Source: a bacterium
GTDB taxonomy: Bacteria > Patescibacteriota > Minisyncoccia > Moranbacterales > UBA2206
DNA length: 62,298 bases
Assembly (NCBI GenBank): GCA_029567195.1
Contig: JAKQLJ010000038.1
Span: 1 to 62,298 of the forward strand
Direction of reading: 5' to 3'
The position numbers and the translations under genes are program-made. Below, one piece after another: positions 54,273 through 62,298 of the stretch. Below the pieces are notes generated by a model. The model was not told the DNA's origin. It was given only the letters and a program-made list of their open reading frames with translations, and made no database searches. Numbering within the stretch: position 1 is the first letter of the stretch; every line of letters begins with the position of its first letter.

Positions 54273-57107
54273 ATGACTAAACCAAATTCAAAATCTTGGG
54301 ACAACATTATCGTTCGTGGAGCCAGGGCTAACAATTTGAAAAACATTGATGTTTCTGTTCCGAGGGAGAAACTGGTGGTCATTACCGGCATGAGCGGCAG
54401 CGGCAAATCATCGCTGGCTTTTGATACCATTTTTGCCGAAGGCCATCGCCGCTATCTTGAAGGAATGTCGAGTTATGCCCGGCAATTTTTGGATTTGGGA
54501 GCTAAACCGGATGTAGATAAAATTGAAAATCTAAGCCCGGCTATCTCTATCGATCAACGAAGCGTCAGTCGCAGTCCTCGATCGACCGTTGGAACATTAA
54601 CGGAAATTTACGATTATTTAAGGGTGCTCTATGCCAAAATCGGCGTGCCGCATTGTCCTCGCTGTCATATTCCCATGGGAAGAGTTTCCAACGCGGAAAT
54701 ATTGGAAGAAATTTTATCTTTTCCAGATAATACTCAAGTGGTGATTTTAGCCAAGACAGAAAACAAAAGCGGGAATATCAGGGATGCCCTAAAAACGATT
54801 TCCCAGTTAGGCTATGCCAGGATAAGACTGGACGGAAAGATAATGATGCTCGGCGATGCGATATATAGCAAAGATATTGAAAAACACGAAAAAGTAGAAG
54901 TGGTAGTGGACAGAATTATGCTCAAGAAAAGAAATCCGGATCGGGAAAGAATTGTGGATTCCATCGAGACAGCTTTTAAATTGGGACGGGGGTTTATAAA
55001 TATTTCTTTTGATTCCAAAGAGGATCGTTTTTATAACAAGGATTTTGTTTGTCGGGAATGTTTTTTCAAGATGAGCGAAATAACACCGAAACATTTTTCC
55101 TTTAACAATCCGGAGGGTGCTTGTTTCCATTGTTCGGGATTGGGAGTGATAAAGGAAGTGGACGAAGAGTTGATCATTCCCAATAAAAACTTGACTCTCT
55201 CGGAAGGAGCGATTATTCCTTGGAGCAAATCAAATGGAAGATTTTCCGCTAACGGAGGCGGAATTAACATACTGAGATTTTTAGGAAAAAAATACGGGTT
55301 TTCCGTGGATGTGCCGGTTAAAAAACTTTCCAAAGATCATCTTAAGGTTATTTTTTACGGTCCGGAAGAAAAAGAAGTGGTGGTCAAGGAAAAAGACGGT
55401 TATGTTTCCGTTCCTTTCGATGGTGTTATTCCCATACTCAAGAAAAAATATGAAGAAGCGAGTTTTTCCAGCAGTCGAAGCGACATCGATAGATATATGC
55501 TGGATAAGGTTTGTCCGGTATGTCAAGGAAAAAGATTAAAGGATGAATATCTTTCTGTTTTGGTGGGAGAAAAATCCATTGATGAAGTAGTGAGGATGGA
55601 TATAGGAAAACTTATTGATTTTTTGAAAGGTATGGATAAGTCCGACTTGAGTCGTTCCCGAAAGGAAATTATCGCGCCGCTTATAAAAGAAATGATTTTA
55701 AAAGCGGAAGCATTAAGAAATGTGGGTTTGGAATATCTTTCTCTTTTTCGCGGAGCCAATTCCATCTCTGGTGGCGAGGCGCAAAGGATAAGATTGGCTG
55801 TGCAGATAGGTTCCGAGCTTATGGGTATCGTTTATGTTTTGGATGAACCTTCTATTGGTCTTCACAGCCGGGATACGGAAAAATTGGTAGCCACAATGAA
55901 AAATCTGGTCAAAACCGGAAATTCACTGGTAGTGGTGGAGCATGACGAGGAAATAATTCGCTCAGCTGATTGGATAATCGACATGGGACCGGGAGCAGGC
56001 GAAGAAGGCGGAGAAATTATATTTTCCGGAAACGCTAAAAAACTTTTGAGTTCCAATACTGTCACCGCCCAATATATAAAAGGCAAGAAGAAAGTAGTAG
56101 AGAAGAAAAAAAATCGAAAAGGAAACGGCAATATTCTGGAGATTGTCGGTGCCAATGCCAACAATCTGAAAAATATCAATGTGAAATTTCCGCTGGCTAA
56201 GTTCGTGACTATTTGCGGAGTGTCGGGCAGCGGGAAATCCACTCTGGTTTCGGATATTTTATCCCGGGCGCTTTCTAAATATTTTTTTCGATCAAAAGAA
56301 ATTCCCGGGGAGCATAAAAAAATAGAGGGATTAAAAAATATCGACAAAGTTATTACTATAAATCAGGCACCGATTGGCCGGACGCCCAGATCCAATGCCG
56401 CTACTTATACCGGAGTTTTTTCGCTAATAAGAGATCTATTTTCCCAAACGGAGGAAGCGAAGAAAATGGGTTATGACGCTAGTCGCTTTAGCTTTAATAT
56501 GAAAGGCGGCCGTTGCGAGGATTGCCAAGGAGATGGCACCAAGAAAATAGAAATGCACCTGTTGCCGGATATGTATGTCAAATGTGAAACTTGCAAAGGT
56601 TCGAGATATAACCAAAAGACGTTAGACATCGAATATCAGGGAGTGAATATTGCCCAAGTTCTTGATATGAGCGTGTCCTATGCGTTGAGATTTTTCAAAA
56701 AATCACCTCTGATTTATGAAAAGCTGAAAACTTTGGAAGAAGTCGGCCTGGGTTATTTGAAACTGGGACAAAGCGCGACCAATCTTTCCGGCGGGGAAGC
56801 GCAAAGAATAAAATTGGCGGCGGAGCTGGCCAGGAAATCGACCGGAAGAACATTGTATATTTTAGACGAACCAACCATCGGGCTTCATTTTGAAGATACC
56901 AAAAAACTCTTGCGGGTTCTGGATGCTTTAGTGGACAAAGGAAACACGGTCTTGGTAGTGGAACATAATTTAGATGTTATAAAAAATTCGGATTGGGTAA
57001 TAGAGCTCGGACCGGATGGCGGAGACAAGGGAGGGGAAATAATTTATGCCGGAATTTCGGCAGGGTTAAAAAAATGCAAAAAGAGTTGGACAGGGAAGTA
57101 TTTATAA
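54273..57107 (+). CDS. uvrA: Excinuclease ABC subunit A, copy 2
   Basis: GMSGSGKSS, ISGGEAQ, GVSGSGKST, LSGGEAQ. Confidence 0.97.
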   Translation: MTKPNSKSWDNIIVRGARANNLKNIDVSVPREKLVVITGMSGSGKSSLAFDTIFAEGHRRYLEGMSSYARQFLDLGAKPDVDKIENLSPAISIDQRSVSRSPRSTVGTLTEIYDYLRVLYAKIGVPHCPRCHIPMGRVSNAEILEEILSFPDNTQVVILAKTENKSGNIRDALKTISQLGYARIRLDGKIMMLGDAIYSKDIEKHEKVEVVVDRIMLKKRNPDRERIVDSIETAFKLGRGFINISFDSKEDRFYNKDFVCRECFFKMSEITPKHFSFNNPEGACFHCSGLGVIKEVDEELIIPNKNLTLSEGAIIPWSKSNGRFSANGGGINILRFLGKKYGFSVDVPVKKLSKDHLKVIFYGPEEKEVVVKEKDGYVSVPFDGVIPILKKKYEEASFSSSRSDIDRYMLDKVCPVCQGKRLKDEYLSVLVGEKSIDEVVRMDIGKLIDFLKGMDKSDLSRSRKEIIAPLIKEMILKAEALRNVGLEYLSLFRGANSISGGEAQRIRLAVQIGSELMGIVYVLDEPSIGLHSRDTEKLVATMKNLVKTGNSLVVVEHDEEIIRSADWIIDMGPGAGEEGGEIIFSGNAKKLLSSNTVTAQYIKGKKKVVEKKKNRKGNGNILEIVGANANNLKNINVKFPLAKFVTICGVSGSGKSTLVSDILSRALSKYFFRSKEIPGEHKKIEGLKNIDKVITINQAPIGRTPRSNAATYTGVFSLIRDLFSQTEEAKKMGYDASRFSFNMKGGRCEDCQGDGTKKIEMHLLPDMYVKCETCKGSRYNQKTLDIEYQGVNIAQVLDMSVSYALRFFKKSPLIYEKLKTLEEVGLGYLKLGQSATNLSGGEAQRIKLAAELARKSTGRTLYILDEPTIGLHFEDTKKLLRVLDALVDKGNTVLVVEHNLDVIKNSDWVIELGPDGGDKGGEIIYAGISAGLKKCKKSWTGKYL

Positions 57108-57122
57108 AATCTCTAATTTTCA

Positions 57123-58082
57123 ATGGCGGATAGTTATTTTATGCAAAATAATTTATCTTCAAAAATTATTGCCACTGTTGCTTATTGTGATACGCTTGAT
57201 TATCCCATGACTGCTTTTGAGATTTGGAAATATCTGACAGATGTGAGAGGACAGGAAACAGGAAAAGGCGAAGAAGGCAAAACAACCTTGCTGGATGTTC
57301 TTGAAGGGCTGGAAAAAGGAGAAGTGAAAAAAGTGGTCGAAGATCACCTGGGTTTTTATTTTTTACGCGGCCGGCAAGAACTAGTCGGGCAGAGGCTGGA
57401 AAGGAATAAAATTTCGGAACGAAAATTCAAGATAGCCAAGCGAGTAATTTTTTGCCTGAAATTCGTTCCTTTTGTGAGAATGGCAGCATTGACCGGAAGA
57501 ATGGCTATGAAAAATACCGAAGAAAAAAGCGATATAGATTTGTTGATAGTTTTGAAGCACGGCCATATTTATACCGGCCGAACATTAGTCACCCTTCTGA
57601 TTCATATATTGGGAAAAAGAAGATATGGCAATCATATTGCTAATAGAATTTGTCTCAATTTTTTTATTACCGATAAATCGCTGGAAATAACCCTTCAGGA
57701 TTTGTTCTCAGCCCAGGAATATTCATTCATAATGCCGGTCTTCGGATATCGAACTTTCCATAACTTTCAAAAAAGCAACTGTTGGATCAGAAATTTCAAG
57801 AAAAATTTCGAACCTGACGAGGTAGTGAACCTAAAAATGACGGATGATTCTTTTTTTTCCAGGCAAATAAGGAAGACGGGAGAGATGATTTTTGGTTTTG
57901 GCATAATGGAAAAGTATCTTAAAAAATGGCAAAAAAGAAGAATAGAAAATGATCCCAGGACGCATGGAGCGGGCAGTATGGTTATGGCCAGTGACGATTA
58001 TCTGATATTCTTGCCCAAACCTCAGGGACCGGAAATTTTTGAAAATTTTCAGGCAAAACTCAGGGAATTGAAAATTGCTTGA
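57123..58082 (+). CDS. Nucleotidyltransferase-domain protein
   Basis: ALTG.MA...SDIDLLIV polymerase-beta-like motif. Confidence 0.65.
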   Translation: MADSYFMQNNLSSKIIATVAYCDTLDYPMTAFEIWKYLTDVRGQETGKGEEGKTTLLDVLEGLEKGEVKKVVEDHLGFYFLRGRQELVGQRLERNKISERKFKIAKRVIFCLKFVPFVRMAALTGRMAMKNTEEKSDIDLLIVLKHGHIYTGRTLVTLLIHILGKRRYGNHIANRICLNFFITDKSLEITLQDLFSAQEYSFIMPVFGYRTFHNFQKSNCWIRNFKKNFEPDEVVNLKMTDDSFFSRQIRKTGEMIFGFGIMEKYLKKWQKRRIENDPRTHGAGSMVMASDDYLIFLPKPQGPEIFENFQAKLRELKIA

Positions 58083-58114
58083 CTATAAAATATTTTCTTG
58101 TAAAATACAATATG

Positions 58115-58141
58115 CTGGCACTCGGCGACAAAGAGTGCTAA
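58115..58141 (+). promoter_or_regulatory. CIRCE element (HrcA operator)
   Basis: CTGGCACTC-N9-GAGTGCTAA versus consensus TTAGCACTC-N9-GAGTGCTAA, upstream of groL. Confidence 0.85.
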
Positions 58142-58221
58142 TTAAATTATTTAACACGCCGACACCGTAGCGTTTTAACAAAAATATTTTGCTAAGACGT
58201 TTAAATGTCGAAAACGTTATT

Positions 58222-59880
58222 ATGAGTAAAATAATAAAATATAATGAAGAAGCCAGAGAAAAGATAAAATCCGGCATAGACCAAGTGGCTGATGCCGTCA
58301 AGGTCACTCTTGGACCCAGGGGGCGAAATGTTATTTTGGACAAAGGGTTCGGCTCTCCGGTTATTACCAATGACGGAGTTTCTATCGCCAAGGAAATAGA
58401 ATTGGAAGATAAGTTTGAAAATATCGGAGCAGATCTCATAAAAGAAGTGGCGAGCAAAACCAATGATGCGGCTGGCGACGGAACGACAACGGCGACAGTT
58501 CTCACCCAATCCATTATTCGCGAGGGGTTGAAATTAGTGGCGACCGGAATGAATCCGATAAATATTCGTCTAGGCATTGAAGATGCCAAAAAAGATATTA
58601 TAGCTCAGCTGAAAAAAAATGCTAAATCAGTCAGTTCTAAAGAAGAAATTGCCCAAGTGGCGGCTATTTCAGCGGAAAATGAAGAGATGGGAAAAATGAT
58701 AGCCGATGTTCTTTCGGAAGTGGGAAAAGACGGCGTAGTAACGGTAGAGGAATCCCAAACCTTTGGCTTGTCCAAAGAAATTGTGGAAGGAATGAATTTT
58801 GACAAAGGATATATTTCTCCATATATGATCACCAACAGCGAGTCCCTAAAGGCGGAAATGAAAGATCCTTACATAATTATTACCGATAAAAAAATATCTT
58901 CCATTCAGGAAATACTGCCTGTTTTGGAAAAAATTACCACTACCGGAAAAAAGGATATTGTAATTATAGCTGAAGAGGTGGAAGGCGAGGCTTTGGCGAC
59001 TCTGGTGGTTAATAAGCTAAGAGGAATACTAAATATTCTGGCCATCAAGGCTCCGGAATTTGGAGATACCAAAAAACAGATTTTGGAAGACATTGCCGTT
59101 CTGACCGGAGGAAAAGTCATTACCGAGGATACCGGCATGAAAATGGAAAATATCGACCTTTCGATTTTAGGGCAGGCTTCCAAGGTGATTGCCACTAAAG
59201 ACAGCACGACAATCGTTGGCGGCAAAGGCAAGAAAAAAGACATCGAGGCCAGAGTCGCTCAAGTTAGAAATTTAATAAAATCTTCAGATAGCAAATACGA
59301 CAGAGAAAAACTGCAAAAAAGATTAGCTAAAATCTCTGGCGGGGTGGCAGTTATCAAAGTGGGTGCGGCCACGGAAACGGAACTTACCTATTTCAAACAT
59401 AAAATGGAAGACGCCCTTTCAGCAACCAGAGCCGCTTATGAGGAGGGAATTATTGCTGGCGGAGGGGTAGCGCTTTTGAAATCTGTCGGCAATATAAAAT
59501 ATGATGCTAAAAAAGTTACTGCCAATGAAGAAGAATATAAAGCCGGATATTCCATTTTAATTAAAGCTTTAGAAGAGCCGCTAAGACAAATTGTTTTGAA
59601 CGGCGGACAAAAGGATCCTGGAGTGGTTCTTAATGAGATCGTCAGTCATAAAAATGCCAATTATGGTTACGATGCCGCCAAAGGAGAATTTGTCGAAGAT
59701 ATGGTTAAGACAGGCATTATTGATCCGCTAAAAGTTACCAGAACTGCCCTTGAAAATGCAGTTAGTGTTTCCGCCATTCTTCTGACAACCGAAGTGGCTA
59801 TTGCCGATAAGCCGGAAGAGAAATGCAAATGCGGTTCAGCTGGAGCCGGCATGCCAGGCGGAATGGGTGGAATGATGTAA
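58222..59880 (+). CDS. groL: Chaperonin GroEL
   Basis: TLGPRGRNV, AGDGTTTATVL, GGMGGMM tail. Confidence 0.99.
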   Translation: MSKIIKYNEEAREKIKSGIDQVADAVKVTLGPRGRNVILDKGFGSPVITNDGVSIAKEIELEDKFENIGADLIKEVASKTNDAAGDGTTTATVLTQSIIREGLKLVATGMNPINIRLGIEDAKKDIIAQLKKNAKSVSSKEEIAQVAAISAENEEMGKMIADVLSEVGKDGVVTVEESQTFGLSKEIVEGMNFDKGYISPYMITNSESLKAEMKDPYIIITDKKISSIQEILPVLEKITTTGKKDIVIIAEEVEGEALATLVVNKLRGILNILAIKAPEFGDTKKQILEDIAVLTGGKVITEDTGMKMENIDLSILGQASKVIATKDSTTIVGGKGKKKDIEARVAQVRNLIKSSDSKYDREKLQKRLAKISGGVAVIKVGAATETELTYFKHKMEDALSATRAAYEEGIIAGGGVALLKSVGNIKYDAKKVTANEEEYKAGYSILIKALEEPLRQIVLNGGQKDPGVVLNEIVSHKNANYGYDAAKGEFVEDMVKTGIIDPLKVTRTALENAVSVSAILLTTEVAIADKPEEKCKCGSAGAGMPGGMGGMM

Positions 59881-59991
59881 TTTTTCCCTAAAAAGAATTT
59901 TATAAAAGAGCTTTCTCAAGAAGGCTCTTTTGTCTTTTGGTTTATCTATTTTTATGGTATAATTCAAAGGTAAAAATAAAACAAAAACTAA

Positions 59992-60972
59992 ATGCAGTTT
60001 ATTAATGACCTAAATCTTAAAAAACAGGCAGAAGAGTTGGGAGTAAAAATATGGCAGACCCCAGGTTTCATGTTTATTATCATGGGAATAGTAGCCTTTA
60101 TTGTGATGACAGCCACTTTTTTGATTTCTAGAAATTATGATGATCCGAAAGTTTTGGTTTTGGCGGAAAGCATAGTCGCCGGCATCATAATAATTGTAGG
60201 TAATTCAGTGGTGAGAATAGTGGGTGAAATTGCCAGCGTTAACAAAATGAAAAGTGAATTTGTCTCTGTCGTTTCCCATCAATTAAGAACCCCCCTTTCC
60301 GCTATCAAATGGGAAACAGAACTGTTACTCTCCAAGCTTAGGAAAGGCTTAAATGAAAAACAACTTAAAAATATTGAAACTATCGGCTCGCTTTCTTGCC
60401 GCATGACAAGGCTGGTCAATGATCTTTTGGATGTAACCAGGATTGATCAAAAAAGGCTGGTTCTTAAATATGAACCGGTGGATTTGGCGGCCATAATAGA
60501 AAAAACCATAGCGGAATCCGAGTCATTGCTCAGTTCCCGGAATATTGAACTAATTTTCAGCAATAACAAAAAAAATCCCAAAGTTATCGGGGATCAGGAA
60601 CGTTTAAAACTAGTAGTTGACAACTTACTCAATAACGCCATCAAATATACAACCCAAAAAGGAAAAATAGAAATAAAACTGACTAAATCAGGCGGCGATT
60701 TGGTTTTTAGCGTTCGGGATAACGGAGTGGGCATTCCCGAGGAACAACACAGCCAAGTTTTCAGCAAATTTTTTAGAAGTGATAATGTGGTTAAGTATCA
60801 AACGGAAGGAACAGGATTGGGGCTTTATATCGCCAAAAACATAGTGGAACAATTGGGCGGAAAAATATGGTTCCAGTCCATAGAGAATGTCGGCTCGATA
60901 TTTAGCTTCTCTCTGCCTGTCAAAAAGAAGTCTTTTATAAAAGAAAAAAAATTATTTGATAATTTTAATTAA
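59992..60972 (+). CDS. Membrane sensor histidine kinase
   Basis: Two TM helices, SHQLRTPL, NLLNNAIKY, DNGVGI, GTGLGL. Confidence 0.95.
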   Translation: MQFINDLNLKKQAEELGVKIWQTPGFMFIIMGIVAFIVMTATFLISRNYDDPKVLVLAESIVAGIIIIVGNSVVRIVGEIASVNKMKSEFVSVVSHQLRTPLSAIKWETELLLSKLRKGLNEKQLKNIETIGSLSCRMTRLVNDLLDVTRIDQKRLVLKYEPVDLAAIIEKTIAESESLLSSRNIELIFSNNKKNPKVIGDQERLKLVVDNLLNNAIKYTTQKGKIEIKLTKSGGDLVFSVRDNGVGIPEEQHSQVFSKFFRSDNVVKYQTEGTGLGLYIAKNIVEQLGGKIWFQSIENVGSIFSFSLPVKKKSFIKEKKLFDNFN

Positions 60973-60986
60973 TAAGTGATAAAAAA

Positions 60987-61361
60987 ATGACCAAGAAAAA
61001 AATATTGGTAGTGGAAGACGAAGCTACTCTTCATAGGGCGCTTTTGGAGTTTTTAACTTCAGAAGGCTTTGAGGTATTTAGCGCTTTAGACGGAGAAGAA
61101 GGGATAGAAATAACAAAAACTAAAAAACCAGATTTGGTTCTGCTGGATATAATTTTACCCAAAAAAGACGGTTATGAAGTGTTGGATGAACTCAAAAAAA
61201 ATCCTGAAACCAAGAGTATTCCGGTTATTCTTCTTACTAATTTGGAAAGTGCCGAAGATATCCAAAAAGCCTTTGAAAAAGGAGCTACCACATATCTGGT
61301 TAAGTCTTCTTATAAATTGGAAGATGTGGTGAAAAAAATAAAAGAAACGTTGAAGATGTAA
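60987..61361 (+). CDS. Single-domain response regulator
   Basis: VVEDE, LLDIILP..DG, LTN, YLVK. Confidence 0.95.
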   Translation: MTKKKILVVEDEATLHRALLEFLTSEGFEVFSALDGEEGIEITKTKKPDLVLLDIILPKKDGYEVLDELKKNPETKSIPVILLTNLESAEDIQKAFEKGATTYLVKSSYKLEDVVKKIKETLKM

Positions 61362-61369
61362 AATAATTT

Positions 61370-62298
61370 ATGAGAATAGGCAATCGACAATTAAAAGATT
61401 TTATCAATGATTCGGGTATAATTGAAAAAAAGAGCCTGGAAGCGGCTTTTGAAGAAGCGGAAAACCAAAAAAAAGGATTAGGCAATGTTTTATTGGAAAA
61501 GAAACTCATTGAAGATACCCAATTAAGAAAACTTTATGCCTATATTTTAGGCGTGCCTTTTGTTGATCTTCAAAAAGAAGCCATTCCTTCTGATATTCTT
61601 CAGGTGGTGCCGGAACCGATTGCCAGAAAATATAAAATAGTCGCTTTTGAAAAAAACGGACAGGAGCTGAAAGTGGCCATGCTTAATCCTGAGGATATTC
61701 AAACAGTGGAATTTATAAAAAAGAAAAGCGGGCTGAAAATTGTCATTTGTCTTACCACAGTGGAAAGCATCGATGCGGCCCTGAAGCAGTATAGTAAAAG
61801 TTTGAAAGCGGAATTCGGGGACATTATCAGTAAGAATTCTGCGGAAGCCGGGGAAAATACGGAAGAAGATCTGGAAAAAATTGCTCAAGGTCTGCCTATC
61901 ATACGGATAGTAGATACTTTGATAAAACATGCTATTTTGCAAAGTGCCAGTGATATTCATATAGAACCGGATGAAAAAGAAGTGCGAGTGCGCTATAGAA
62001 TAGACGGAATTCTTCATGAAGCGATGACTCTGCCCAAACAGGTAAGAGACGGAATTATCGCCAGGATAAAAGTCCTTTCCAACTTAAAACTGGATGAACA
62101 CAGGGTTCCTCAGGACGGAAGATTCAAAATTGAAAAAGACAACAGTAAAATTTCTTTCCGCGTCAGTATTTTGCCCATCTTTGACGGAGAAAAAGTAGTG
62201 ATGAGGCTTTTGGATGAATCGTCCAAGGGAATGACTTTGGAAAAAATGGGACTGGGCGGCAAAGGCTTAGAGGCTATTCACAGAGAAATAAAACGACC
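61370..62298 (+). CDS. pilB: GspE/PilB family type IV pilus assembly ATPase (truncated by window end)
   Basis: Manual translation MRIGNRQLKDFIND..., ASDIHIEP, VRYRIDGILH, LKLDEHRVPQDGRF. Confidence 0.92.
   Translation, partial: MRIGNRQLKDFINDSGIIEKKSLEAAFEEAENQKKGLGNVLLEKKLIEDTQLRKLYAYILGVPFVDLQKEAIPSDILQVVPEPIARKYKIVAFEKNGQELKVAMLNPEDIQTVEFIKKKSGLKIVICLTTVESIDAALKQYSKSLKAEFGDIISKNSAEAGENTEEDLEKIAQGLPIIRIVDTLIKHAILQSASDIHIEPDEKEVRVRYRIDGILHEAMTLPKQVRDGIIARIKVLSNLKLDEHRVPQDGRFKIEKDNSKISFRVSILPIFDGEKVVMRLLDESSKGMTLEKMGLGGKGLEAIHREIKR

Overview
AT-rich bacterial chromosome segment. TAA, TAG and TGA all serve as stops, so it uses genetic code 11. Gene content and style point to Patescibacteria/CPR (Parcubacteria, Moranbacteria-like), which is an inference. 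Core content: the translation block infC-rpmI-rplT, ssrA (tmRNA), smpB, efp, rpsF-ssb-rpsR, ychF, trpS and rnj; envelope genes ddl, lgt, an L,D-transpeptidase, tandem lysozyme-like proteins, secG and an OppA-like protein; sugar genes GH57, a clan GH-A hydrolase, PMM/PGM, PGI/PMI and manC; an SOS/NER cluster (uvrB, lexA, uvrA, uvrC, a second uvrA); groL behind a CIRCE box; and a histidine kinase/response regulator pair followed by a pilB-type ATPase cut by the window end. Four things stand out beyond the gene list. (1) Several families of miniature palindromic elements; eight copies sit in-frame inside mpg, ychF, uvrB, uvrA and uvrC, and one family matches the flanks of a DUF559 endonuclease gene. 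(2) A 2-kb array of three promoter / short leader peptide / antiterminator-terminator units, each upstream of small Cys-rich ORFs, which looks like ribosome-dependent attenuation. (3) A candidate ~230-nt pseudoknotted ncRNA with its own promoter and terminator at 17.6-17.8 kb. (4) A four-helix-bundle gene bracketed by inverted heptamer arrays, with orphan arrays at many gene junctions, and a GIY-YIG gene whose only lesions are two TAG codons at probable Trp positions. All assignments come from motif recognition by eye; no database searches or folding programs were run.
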